DNA of 64,000 nucleotides from an uncultured bacterium (GTDB lineage: Bacteria; Verrucomicrobiota; Verrucomicrobiia; Limisphaerales; UBA8199). The stretch covers positions 904,804 through 968,803 of the forward strand of contig CAVVMW010000021.1 in assembly GCA_963749495.1 (NCBI GenBank). Reading direction: 5' to 3'. The translations under genes and the position numbers were made by a program. A model generated the notes under the pieces. It did no database searches and had not been told where the DNA came from. It worked only from the letters and a program-made list of their open reading frames with translations. This document shows, piece by piece, positions 12,899 through 22,448 of this stretch; within the stretch, counting starts at the first letter, position 1; each line of letters begins with the position of its first letter.

Positions 12899-14308
12899 AT
12901 GCAAACCAATGCTGCCAACCAGAGCCATGCGGCCAAGATGCGGGCCGCAGGCATCGCCGAGCCTACGATCGCCGCCTTCCTTGGCGCCTTGGAAAAAGTC
13001 AGGACTGGGGACCGCGGAATCCTGCCGGAGGCCGCTATAGCGCCGATCGCCTCGTTTCCCAAGCTGGAGGAGTTGGACCAGGGGGCGGTGGCGGACAACG
13101 CGATGCTGCGCCAGTTGGTGGTCTTCAAGCTCAACGGCGGCCTGGGCACCAGCATGGGGCTGGACCGGACCAAGTCCCTCATCCCGGTGCGCGGAGACGA
13201 CACCTTCCTGGACTTTACGGTCCGCCAGATGCTTGGCCTGCGCAACCGCACCGGCTCGCGCTACCCCGCCTTCTACTTGATGAACAGCTTGACCACGCGC
13301 CGGGAGACACTGGAATTCCTGGGCCGCTACCCTGATTTAGCGGGCGGCAACGAGGTTGATTTTCTGCAAAGCATGGTTCCCAAGGTGGATCCCCAAACTT
13401 TCGCGCCGGTGGCCTGGCCTGGCCAGCCGGATTTGGAATGGTGCCCCCCGGGGCATGGGGATTTCTACCCCTCCATCCTGGGCTGCGGCCTTCTGGACCG
13501 CCTGCTGGACTCCGGCACCCGTTGCGCGTTCGTCTCCAACTCGGACAACCTTGGGGCCAACGTTGACCTGAGGTTGCTGCGCTACTTCGTGGAACGCGAT
13601 TTCCCCTTTTTGATGGAGGTCGCGCAGCGCACGGCCGCCGATAGGAAGGGCGGACACCTGGCCCGCAGGCGGGCGACCGGCCGCTTGCTCTTGCGGGAAT
13701 CGGCCCAGAGCCTCAAGGAGGAAGAGGCCCAATTCCAGGACATCCGGCGCCATTGCTTCTTCAACACCAACAACCTCTGGATACGCCTGGACCACCTCAA
13801 GGCCGAACTGAAGCGCAAAGGCGGGGTGCTGCCCTTGCCGCTCATCACCAACGTCAAGAACCTCGACCCGCGCGACCCCGCCACCCCCAAGGTCTTGCAG
13901 TTGGAATCCGCCATGGGCGCCGCTATCGAGTGTTTCGACGGCGCCAACGCCATTGTGGTTCCCCGCTCACGCTTCGCTCCGGTCAAAGCCACGGCCGACC
14001 TGGCGGCATTGCGCTCGGATGCCTACCAGGTCACAACCGACGACCGGCTCGAGTTGGTCCCCTCAAGGCAAGGCCGGCCGCCCCTGGTGGAGCTGGACCC
14101 GAAGTATTACAACGTGATGGCCTCCTTCGAGCGGTTCTTCCGCGCCGGCGTCCCGTCCCTGGCGGCCTGCGAATCCTTCAAAGTCATCGGCCCCGTCGAG
14201 TTCAGCCCGCGCGTGATTTGCCAGGGAACCGTGGAATTCCACAACGCCTCGCCGGAGACCAAACGCGTGGCGCCGGGCCTTTACCATGACCAACAGGTGC
14301 AACTCTAA
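12899..14308 (+). CDS. UTP--glucose-1-phosphate uridylyltransferase, eukaryote/actinobacteria-type (UDPGP family, not GalU)
   Basis: Motifs KLNGGLGTSMG, WCPPGHGD, SNSDNLGA, FNTNNLW, QLESAMG, RFAPVK. Confidence 0.95.
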   Translation: MQTNAANQSHAAKMRAAGIAEPTIAAFLGALEKVRTGDRGILPEAAIAPIASFPKLEELDQGAVADNAMLRQLVVFKLNGGLGTSMGLDRTKSLIPVRGDDTFLDFTVRQMLGLRNRTGSRYPAFYLMNSLTTRRETLEFLGRYPDLAGGNEVDFLQSMVPKVDPQTFAPVAWPGQPDLEWCPPGHGDFYPSILGCGLLDRLLDSGTRCAFVSNSDNLGANVDLRLLRYFVERDFPFLMEVAQRTAADRKGGHLARRRATGRLLLRESAQSLKEEEAQFQDIRRHCFFNTNNLWIRLDHLKAELKRKGGVLPLPLITNVKNLDPRDPATPKVLQLESAMGAAIECFDGANAIVVPRSRFAPVKATADLAALRSDAYQVTTDDRLELVPSRQGRPPLVELDPKYYNVMASFERFFRAGVPSLAACESFKVIGPVEFSPRVICQGTVEFHNASPETKRVAPGLYHDQQVQL

Positions 14309-14333
14309 AAGTCAGATCACCAAGGATTTGCCC

Positions 14334-15119
14334 ATGCAAAAAACGGAAACCGCATCGCTCTACCGGGTGTGGGGCGCAGACAAAGTCGTGTACGGCCCGC
14401 TGGAGTTGCCTGCCCTGGTTCAATGGATTGAGGGGCGGCGCCTCACAGCGGAGAGCTGGGTGCTGACCGAGGCGATTAACCAGTGGCAACGGGCGGCCGA
14501 CCTGCCCGAGTTAAAGCCCCACTTCGCCCTGAAAGCCGCCGCCGCAGCGCCCGGCGGAACGCCGCCTTCAGGCGGCAGCACCCTCAAGCCCCACTTCGCT
14601 CTGAAAGCCGCGGCCCCAGCCCCTGCCGATTCCGGACCCGGCGCCGGTCTTAGCCCCGCGACTTTGCGCCGGACAAAGCTCTTTGCCGGCCTGGAGGACC
14701 CGCAGCTTGCCTCCCTGGCCCATTACCTGGAAGTCATCCGCTTCCCCCAGTTCAGTCACATCGTCCGCCAGGGCCAGCACGGCGATGCCATGTACGTGGT
14801 GACCGAGGGCGAGGTGCGCGTCTTGAGCATCGTCGAAGGCAAAGAAACGATCCTAGCCACGCTCACCGCCGGCGACTGTTTCGGCGAAATCTCCTTGCTC
14901 GACCAGGGCCCCCGCTCCGCCGACGTCATCGCCAACAAGGACAGCGTGCTGCTCCGGATTTCCAATGGCGCGTTCGACCGCCTCGTCCGCGAAGCCCCGG
15001 CCTTGGCCGTGCCCTTTCTCCTGGCCTTGAGCCGCGCGGTGGTCCAGCGCGTCCGGCGGACCAACCTCAAGTACGAAGACTCCATCCGTTTCATCCGCGC
15101 CTCCACAACCCAATCGTGA
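14334..15119 (+). CDS. GYF_2 (DUF4339)-like domain + cyclic nucleotide-binding domain protein
   Basis: N-term YRVWGADKVVYGPL..LVQWI..W..WQRAADLPEL; cNMP domain IVRQGQHGDAMYVVTEGEV, GDCFGEISLL, PRSADV; no HTH; start reassigned to ATG 14334. Confidence 0.85.
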   Translation: MQKTETASLYRVWGADKVVYGPLELPALVQWIEGRRLTAESWVLTEAINQWQRAADLPELKPHFALKAAAAAPGGTPPSGGSTLKPHFALKAAAPAPADSGPGAGLSPATLRRTKLFAGLEDPQLASLAHYLEVIRFPQFSHIVRQGQHGDAMYVVTEGEVRVLSIVEGKETILATLTAGDCFGEISLLDQGPRSADVIANKDSVLLRISNGAFDRLVREAPALAVPFLLALSRAVVQRVRRTNLKYEDSIRFIRASTTQS

Positions 15120-15124
15120 TCCTG

Positions 15125-18100
15125 TCACGGCTCCTTGATCTCCGTTTTCTCCTTCGCCCCCGGATCCAGCGTCACCTGAATCCCCTTGACCGGGTTGCCC
15201 TCGGCATCGGTGAGCCGAATGGACCCCTTCCAGTCGCCGGTTTCATTCACGACTTTGAACACCAGCACGTTCAGCCCCGCGTTCAGGGCGATGTCTGGCA
15301 CCTTATCCTGCTCGGCAGCGAAGGGACGCATGACGGGAGATTTATAGACCTGCTTCCCATTCAGATATACTTTCGCCTCATCGTCGCTGCCCACCAGCAT
15401 CAGCAGCCCGCGCTGCTCGGCTTCCGACCGGATGTAGCAGACCGCGTAGGCTACGCTCTGAGTTGTCTCGTGCTCCAAGAGCGCGTTGAAGTCGATGACC
15501 TCGTTCGTCAGGGCTACCTCCCGCCACTTCAACTCACCACCCCCAATGGACCTCGCCTCTCCCGCCTTGGGCCTGAGGCGGGCTTCGTCCTCAATCTGCT
15601 CGATGTCTAATCCCTCGGTGCCGCTCTGATTGGTGGCCAGGGCAATCGGCGCAAGGATCAGCCATTGCTTGATCGAATCACGGTCGCGAGCAATCCTTTG
15701 GCGCTCCTGTTCCGCCGTCCGCTCGCCTTGCAGGGCGGCAAGATACTGAGCTGCCGCCCGTTCTTCTTCCTGCCAGGCAGCGACCTGCTGGGCTGTGGCC
15801 GCCTCCCACACCTTGGCGGTCGCATCCCCACTGGCAGTGGCAATCCGCTGGCCGTCCGGGGAAAAGGCCACAGAAAGAACATCATAGCTGTGCCCCTTGA
15901 GCGTGAGTAGTTCCCGCCCGCTGGCCGCATCCCAGACCTTGGCCGTCGCATCCCAACTGCCGGTCACAATCCGCTGGCCGTCCGGGGAAAAGGTTACAGA
16001 TGCAATTGGACCGTTGTTGAGCGTGAGCAGTTCCTTGCTGCTGGCCGCATCCCACACCTTGGCCGTCAGATCCCAACTGCCAGTGACAATCCGCCGCCCG
16101 TCCAGCGGGGAAAAGGCCACGGAAGAAACCACATTGCTGTGCCCCCTGAGAGTGAGGATCTCCCGGCCATTGGCCGCGTCCCACACCTTGGCCGTCTGAT
16201 CATAACCGCCACTGACAATCCGCTGCCCGTCCAGGGAAAAGGCCACAGACCTAATCCCATCGCTGTGGCCCTTGAGCGTGAGCAGGTTCCCGCCCATTTT
16301 GTCGGCAGACAGGCCACCGGCCACGTCCCACACCTTGGCCGTATGGTCATCACTGCCAGTAACGATCCGCTGGCCGTCCGGGGAAAAGCCGACAGAAGAA
16401 ATCATGCCGCCGTGCCCCTTGAACGTGAGCAGTTCCTTGCCGCTGACCGCCTCCCACACCTTGGCCGTATGGTCATCACTGCCAGTAACCATCCGCTGGC
16501 CGTCCGGGGAAAAGCCGACAGAATCAAAGGCCATGGTGTGCCCATTGAGAGTGACCAGTTCCTTGCCGCTGGCCGCATCCCACACCTTGGCCGTCTTGTC
16601 CTCACTGCCAGTAACGATCCGCTGGCCGTCCGGGGAAAAGCCGACAGAATTAATGACCATGGTGTGCCCATTGAGAGTGACCAATTCCTTGCCGCTGGCC
16701 GCCTCCCACACCTTGGCCGTATGATCGTCACTTGGCCAATCCCCGCTGCCAGTAGCGATCCGCTGACCGTCAGGGGAGAAGGCGACAGAATTGATGGCGG
16801 CGTGGTGCCCCTTGAGCGTGAGCAATTCCCGGCCACTGGCTGCCTCCCACACCTTGGCCGTCTGATCCAGACTACCAGTTAGAATCCGTTGGCCGTTCGG
16901 GGAGAAGGCCACAGACCTCACCCCGTCCAGATGGCCTCGGAGCGTCTTCAAGGCCAAGTGAGTTTTCGCTTGCCAATAATACCACTCAAAACCGCGATCC
17001 GGAGAGTCTTGGGTGTCTTCGAGCAACTGGCGGAGGCGACCGATGTTGTTCTGGTCCCAGGCTTGCTGGGCCAGGTTCATGTCAGCCACGTAGAGGAGGT
17101 GGTCCGCCCGCAAGCGAGCCTGCTTCTCGGCTTGCTCCGCCGCTTGGGCTTTGTCGCGCTCCTTTTGGGCGGCGAGCCGTTGTTCCTTTTCGGCATTCCT
17201 GGCCCTGCTGGCCTCAACTGCCTGCCAACTGCTGACGCCGATTCCAATAACCAATGCCGCTACCACAACTGCCGCCGCTGTAAACGCCAGTTTATTGCGT
17301 CGCCACGCCTTCTGGAGCCGGTATGCCGTGCTCGGCGGCCTTGCTACGACCGGTTCGTTGTCGAGATGCCGCTGGATGTCCATCGCCAGACCGTTGGCCG
17401 TGTCGTAACGCCGTGTCCGGTCCTTCTCCAGGCACTTCATCACGATCCAATCCAGATCGCCTCGCAAGAGGCTCATGAGCTTGGGCGCCTCCGCCCCGCG
17501 ACATTGGGTGGCCGTCGTCAACTCCTCCTTGCCCATCATGCTCAGCCGCGTCGAGGGCCGCGCCGGTTCCTTTTCCACAATCGTCCGCCGAATCTCATCC
17601 AACCCCGCTGCCAGCAGTTCCTTCGCGTCAAAGGGCGTCTTGCCCACCAGCAACTCATACAGCAACACCCCCAGACTGTAGATGTCGCTGCGCGTATCAA
17701 TGTCCAATCCGCTCATCTCCGCCTGCTCCGGACTCATATAAGCCGGTGTCCCGATAAATTGCTGCAATTGCGTGTGAAGCGTCTTCTCTGTAAGCCTCTG
17801 CTGAGTCGCCTTGGCTATCCCAAAATCGATGACCTTGGGCACCGGCCTCCCCTCCTGCAGGGTCACCAGGATGTTCGAGGGCTTGATGTCGCGGTGGATG
17901 ATGCCCTTCTGGTGCGCGTGCTGAATGGCCTGGCAAACGGGGATGAACAAATCGAGCCGGTCCCGGGTGCCCAGCTTTTTCTGGTCGCAGTAACTGGTGA
18001 TGGGAATGCCTTTGACCAGTTCCATCACAAAGAAAGGCCGCCCGCTCTCGGTCGCGCCCCCGTCGAACACCTTGGCAATGTTGGGATGGTCCATCAGCGC

Positions 18101-18553
18101 CAGCGCCTGGCGCTCGGCCTCGAACCGGGCCACGACCTGCCTTGTGTCCATCCCCAGCTTGATGATCTTCAGGGCCACCTGGCGGCGAACCGGCTCCTGC
18201 TGTTCGGCCACATACACCACCCCGAAGCCCCCCTCCCCGATTTGTTCGAGCAGCTTGTAGCGCCCAATGACCGTCCCCGGCCCCTCAGTCAGGGGTGTTT
18301 CATCCAGCAGCGTTGGCGTGATTTCGGTGGCGCCTTCTTCCGGGGGGTCGCTGCCAGCCTCCCCATTCAGCGCGGGGCCTCTCTCGCCTCCCTCATGGCC
18401 GGTGAGCCAGGCTTCTATCTCCACGCGCAAGGCCGCATCCCTGCCACACGCGCCATCCAGGAACGCGGCCCGCTCCAGGGGTGTTTTCCGCTTCAACGCC
18501 TGCCGGAGGATGTCCTGCTTCCGCCCGTCGGACGGTGGTTCATGCGCCTGCAT
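15125..18553 (-). CDS. Serine/threonine protein kinase with TM segment, WD40 repeats and C-terminal PA14-like beta-sandwich
   Basis: IGEGGFGVV, ALKIIK, HRDIKPSN, DFGIAK, GTPAYMSPEQ; about 9 GH..V.SVAFSPDGQRIVTGS.D.TAKVW repeats; C-term VAYA..YI..GSDDEAKVYLNG. Confidence 0.95.
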   Translation of the reverse strand: MQAHEPPSDGRKQDILRQALKRKTPLERAAFLDGACGRDAALRVEIEAWLTGHEGGERGPALNGEAGSDPPEEGATEITPTLLDETPLTEGPGTVIGRYKLLEQIGEGGFGVVYVAEQQEPVRRQVALKIIKLGMDTRQVVARFEAERQALALMDHPNIAKVFDGGATESGRPFFVMELVKGIPITSYCDQKKLGTRDRLDLFIPVCQAIQHAHQKGIIHRDIKPSNILVTLQEGRPVPKVIDFGIAKATQQRLTEKTLHTQLQQFIGTPAYMSPEQAEMSGLDIDTRSDIYSLGVLLYELLVGKTPFDAKELLAAGLDEIRRTIVEKEPARPSTRLSMMGKEELTTATQCRGAEAPKLMSLLRGDLDWIVMKCLEKDRTRRYDTANGLAMDIQRHLDNEPVVARPPSTAYRLQKAWRRNKLAFTAAAVVVAALVIGIGVSSWQAVEASRARNAEKEQRLAAQKERDKAQAAEQAEKQARLRADHLLYVADMNLAQQAWDQNNIGRLRQLLEDTQDSPDRGFEWYYWQAKTHLALKTLRGHLDGVRSVAFSPNGQRILTGSLDQTAKVWEAASGRELLTLKGHHAAINSVAFSPDGQRIATGSGDWPSDDHTAKVWEAASGKELVTLNGHTMVINSVGFSPDGQRIVTGSEDKTAKVWDAASGKELVTLNGHTMAFDSVGFSPDGQRMVTGSDDHTAKVWEAVSGKELLTFKGHGGMISSVGFSPDGQRIVTGSDDHTAKVWDVAGGLSADKMGGNLLTLKGHSDGIRSVAFSLDGQRIVSGGYDQTAKVWDAANGREILTLRGHSNVVSSVAFSPLDGRRIVTGSWDLTAKVWDAASSKELLTLNNGPIASVTFSPDGQRIVTGSWDATAKVWDAASGRELLTLKGHSYDVLSVAFSPDGQRIATASGDATAKVWEAATAQQVAAWQEEERAAAQYLAALQGERTAEQERQRIARDRDSIKQWLILAPIALATNQSGTEGLDIEQIEDEARLRPKAGEARSIGGGELKWREVALTNEVIDFNALLEHETTQSVAYAVCYIRSEAEQRGLLMLVGSDDEAKVYLNGKQVYKSPVMRPFAAEQDKVPDIALNAGLNVLVFKVVNETGDWKGSIRLTDAEGNPVKGIQVTLDPGAKEKTEIKEP
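15800..16940 (-). repeat. Near-identical ~126-bp tandem WD40-coding repeats
   Basis: Recurrent cccacaccttggccgt and ccgtccggggaaaag blocks at ~126-bp spacing. Confidence 0.9.
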
Positions 18554-18600
18554 GACAGCTTTGGCCCATAGTGCTCACAAGTTAAACTAACCATCCCGGC

Positions 18601-18963
18601 GTGTCCAGCCCATCCTTCGCGCCGTTCGCGCATGACAACGACACTCTCATCGCGCAAAACTTTCAGCACACCGAAACGGACGTGCGGCTTGGCGTAACCG
18701 GCGACTTTGCCAGGCTGCGCAATCTGGTGACTGACGAAGTCATTGCCCGGCAGACGCCGCAGGAATCCGGGCAAGGCCAGCGCGGCGGCGGTCGCGGCGG
18801 TGGAGAACAGCGCGCGTCCTTCAACGTGCATCTGCTGCCGCACAGCTACGTGGTCCTCGCAGCGGAGAAATCCTCTCATTTTCGGCGACGACCTGGACGT
18901 GCTCGACGCGAAGGCCGAGCCGCTGATGAACTGAAGTCGCAAATCTGGATCGTGGCGTCGTGA
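18601..18963 (+). pseudogene. Possible C-terminal remnant of a conserved hypothetical/glycoside-hydrolase-associated protein
   Basis: FAHDNDTLIAQNF...LRNLVTDE...FNVHLLPHSYVV reads like a natural beta-sandwich C-terminus; no N-terminal part present. Confidence 0.3.
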
Positions 18964-19369
18964 TCCGAGTCTGATTCCAGGGTTGGATGCGTTGTGAGCA
19001 ATCCGTGCCACCGATGGCGCGAACGTATATCAAAAGCGACGGTTCGGAACTGCACAGGCCGTAAGCTCAGTTCGCGCACCCGGTCCTTCTTCTTCTCGAA
19101 AGAGCTGTCAATTGCCGTGTTTTGTAACATCTGTCCCTGGTCAGCGGCGAGAATGTCCATGCCCCGCAACCAGAGTTGTCGGTAGACCCTTTGGGTGTCG
19201 TCGAGGTTCGTGATCCCGGTGATCACCGAGTCATCCCACCCGAATTGTTCTCGGTAGTACCTGGAAGCCGATGCCGTCGAGGAAGCGGTCTCCCCCCCAC
19301 CAGCGGCATATGCCACAGGCTCGGGATGCCGCGCGGGTTGAGCTCGGTGGGCACCTCGGCCCCCAGTTG

Positions 19370-19497
19370 ATCCGATACTCGCGCGCCTTGGGCGCAGCGC
19401 ATGGGGCCTGCGGCTCAAAGAGCCTCCCGAGGGTCACGCCGAGGCTGCCGACCAGGCCCACAAGCAGGAAATCGCGCCGGCCCGGGCGCCAGGGCAC
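19370..19497 (-). pseudogene. N-terminal remnant with Tat-like signal (DUF1501-like start)
   Basis: PGRRDFLLVGLVGSLGVTLG resembles the twin-arginine leaders of PVC DUF1501 proteins; remainder of gene absent. Confidence 0.3.
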
Positions 19498-19611
19498 GCC
19501 CCGCCGGCAAGATCAAACCCGGGTGCGATTGAGCGATTAAGAGCGTCGGCCGGGACGGCCCACAGTTTTACCGCGCCATCGGCCTGCGTAAACCCATCAA
19601 CACGGGCAGCC

Positions 19612-19718
19612 GGAGCGCAAACATTCTTGTCCGCTTCCGGTATTGGCATGACCGAGAGCGCGGCCATCTCGGCGGCGTGTTCCGCTCCTTCCACGCCGAC
19701 AAAGATGCCGGCGCTCCC
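19612..19718. repeat. REP-like palindromic elements
   Basis: ggagcgcaaacattcttgtccgc, then gagcgcggccatctcggcggc ... gccgacaaagatgccggcgctccc as an imperfect inverted pair. Confidence 0.5.
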
Positions 19719-20228
19719 GGTCCTGCGAAAAAATCCGAGCTGCGCCCCCGTTTATGCCTGCTATCGATTGCTGCGGTTTTCGTCCGCCCCGAACAGGGCA
19801 AGATAAGACACCCAGGCATCGCCCCGGGAAAAACCGTGAATGGACCCCGCAAGCGCTGAAACGGGGCGATGGGGGAATGCCCCGCGAAGATCATCGGGCA
19901 ATCGCCGCTAAGGAAAAGGACCGTCAATTTCTGAGAGGCGGAAGATCGATAGATAAGCCCTTTGGCACCTCGACGTGAGAATTCACCATGGCGTGGCAGT
20001 CACGACAGCCAGGATCCGGACCGCGTCAAGGCAAACATATAACTACTCATGCGAGCGAGCGAAACCTGGTTGACTGGTGAATTGGCGTTTTGTCAGAGCC
20101 AGCCACGGCCGTAAACGGTGGCGGCGCTCAAGCTGCGGTCTCCTGGGCAAGGTCAACTTCACGCCATCTGCTTTGCGGCCTCTGACTCCTGGAAGACCGA
20201 CGGGTGGCAGGTCGTTGTCAGCCGTCGG

Positions 20229-21074
20229 TCAACGCCGCCAACTCCGAGTGTAGTTATAAGTTCGGCCCTTTGCGGCGAGGATGGGTGAGGTTCCGCTGGG
20301 GGTGGACGCTCCGAGTCGAGTCGCTGCTGCTCCACCGGTGCCCCGGTCCCCGTGGGGAGCTTGCCATTGACAGAACTCAGCGCCGTGTTGGTCCGTGCGC
20401 CGAACGACCGCGAGCGGTTGTTCGGCGAACCGCCCAGTTGGCTGCTGAGCCCGGCGGACGGCGAGCAACTGGACGGCCCGGACTGGCGCCCGGTTCGGGT
20501 CCGGGTAGCGCAGTTGCAACGCCTGGCCGGCGAAAGCCCGGGCCGTGTCTTCGCTCAAGATGGCCCGGCGGAAGCTGGCAACCCGGTCGCCCAGCACGCG
20601 AAGCTGGCTCAAGATTTTGAAGCTCGCCTGGATGATCTCGGGTGACTCGTCGCCCGTGTGGCGAACATAGACGCTCGGAATGAGGCTGTCGGGGACCATC
20701 AACCCGTTGCGGCAGACAAAGCGAAACAGGCCGGCATGGATTTGGTAACCACTGCTCCGGTCGTGCGAGTTGAGTAAGATCACCTCGGGCGCATAGTCGC
20801 CCACTTCGGCAACCTGGTCGCGGCGCTGAAAGCGGACCAAGTGCCGCTGGAACCCCGCGCGCTCAAGGTGGCGGACACCCATCTGCCGGGCTTCAACCGG
20901 CTTCCATCCTTCCTGCCGCATGGCCTCCACGATCCGCCCGGTGGGCAGGAACGTGTAGCGGTCGGACGCTCCGGGCATGGGTGCCTCGGCGAATTCGGCC
21001 GGGGCCGCGCTACGCAGTTCGGCGTCCGTGATCTCGGGGCGGTGGATGTTGCTGTTGCTATTGCTGTCGAACAT
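20229..21074 (-). CDS. DUF932 (DUF945) family protein, C-terminus apparently replaced/truncated
   Basis: SDRYTFLPT..IVEAM..EGW.PV, PEVILLNSHDRSSGYQIHAGLFRFVCRNGLMV; RBS-like agaaagga before ATG 21074; similarity seems lost after QLLAVRR (~20450). Confidence 0.85.
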   Translation of the reverse strand: MFDSNSNSNIHRPEITDAELRSAAPAEFAEAPMPGASDRYTFLPTGRIVEAMRQEGWKPVEARQMGVRHLERAGFQRHLVRFQRRDQVAEVGDYAPEVILLNSHDRSSGYQIHAGLFRFVCRNGLMVPDSLIPSVYVRHTGDESPEIIQASFKILSQLRVLGDRVASFRRAILSEDTARAFAGQALQLRYPDPNRAPVRAVQLLAVRRAQQPTGRFAEQPLAVVRRTDQHGAEFCQWQAPHGDRGTGGAAATRLGASTPSGTSPILAAKGRTYNYTRSWRR

Positions 21075-21629
21075 AACTGTCCTTTCTGTATTGGGTTTAT
21101 TTGTTGTGTGTGGAATCGTGTTCGGTGCGGTTATCGGGCAAGGCGCGCAGTCGCTTGGGCCTCGGCGGCGGCGATGGTTAAATCCCACAGCGTGCGGTCG
21201 GCGCTGGACCAGCAGGGCCTCGATCAACTGCCGGTCCTGGGGGCGTGACGTGAGATTGAGCATGAGGCTCTCCCCGCTGTGCCAGCAGGCCCCCGCTTGA
21301 GAGATAAGCAGGCCCGCGCTCACCGCCTGCTCCCGGCCCTGCCAGAGGATCACCAGGTATTTGGCAAATGGCGCCTGCTGTGCCCTGGAACTCTGTTCGG
21401 ATTGCTCTTGAGCCCTTCTCCCTGTCTGTGTTGTCGTGGTGGTGTTCATGATCTTTTTTTCGCGCTCTGCTGTTCGTCTTGTCCGTCGCCCTTCGCCCGG
21501 CGAGAGGGCGCATGACAAGATTCTTCAAACCCTGTGGTTTGCGAGGATTTCGGGAGGTTTCGTATGTGAGGCCCATATATACACCGCTTGGTCCTCTCCC
21601 TGAGGCCAGGCCTGGGGTTGGCACGCTGG

Positions 21630-21856
21630 CGTTCAGGCCGAAGGCCTGGTTCATACCAGCCCAGGGCAAGGCCCGCCGGAGCGCAGCGCAGGCGGGCCGC
21701 CGCCCTGGGTCCACCGCACATTGCATTCTGTTGCAGGCCAACGGCCTGCCTCAAAAAGCTCCCGGAGGATGAATCGCGCTTTCAGCGCTCCAGATGATTA
21801 TTGGCGGCTGTTCCCAGGGCGTTGCCCGGGCTGGTATGAGCGACGCCTTTGGCGTC
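21630..21856. repeat. REP doublet / REPIN-like element
   Basis: tcataccagcccagggcaa (21651-21669) is inverted at 21822-21839 (ttgcccgggctggtatga, 1-nt gap), with internal small hairpins. Confidence 0.7.
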
Positions 21857-22255
21857 CCGAGCACGCACCGCCGGTGCCATCGTGCAGCAGGAGAATTCTG
21901 TCGTGCGCCCCCGCCGAGAGACCGCCAGCCGGGGCGGCCAGCGGGAGTAGTCTTCAGAGGGCACCGCGCCCGGCCCCCCGGCTGACAAGCGGTCGGTAGA
22001 GGGCGATGGGCAAGGCGAACGGCAGAACAAAAAACGATCTGAACAGCCGAACACCACGACAACGGACAGGGGAAGCGGACCGGAGAGAAGCGAACCCTGG
22101 CCCCCACCTTTCGAGCGAAGCGAGCTAATTCTGCCTCTGGCTCGCTCGGCGAGTTTCTGCAAGCCGGGAGCGCAACGGAGCGTTTGGCCTGGGCGCCCGC
22201 GTTAGGGGACAGGGGCGCGGATCAGCGGCTAGGGCAAGAAGCGAAGCGGAGCGGC

Positions 22256-22277
22256 GGCGAAAGAAAGCTCACGAGGG
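22256..22277 (+). repeat. 22-bp direct repeat, copy 1
   Basis: ggcgaaagaaagctcacgaggg, identical to 24412-24433. Confidence 0.9.
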
Positions 22278-22292
22278 AGCCTCGGCGGGGGA

Positions 22293-22356
22293 GCCAAGTC
22301 TTGCCGTGTTTCGCGAAGTGGGGTGGCGGGGAGCGCGAAAGCCGGCAAGTCTTGGC
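22293..22356. other. 23-bp imperfect inverted repeat (hairpin)
   Basis: gccaagtcttgccgtgtttcgcg pairs with cgcgaaagccggcaagtcttggc (20/23). Confidence 0.75.
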
Positions 22357-22448
22357 GACGGGGGAGGACCTTCTGCGTTTCCCTTCATTCGGCATCGTAA
22401 GCCGGAGCGTAACCATGCCCACTCCCTGCGGTGGAAACGGCGCTTTTG

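Noticed and set aside
18876..19270. Minus-strand segment YYREQFGWDDSVITG... that looks protein-like
   Set aside because: No start or family assignable; possibly gene debris, too weak to call.
21075..21518. N-terminal extension of the 429-aa DUF932 ORF
   Set aside because: A better RBS and family similarity start at 21074; the upstream part may be a separate small gene but is unsupported.
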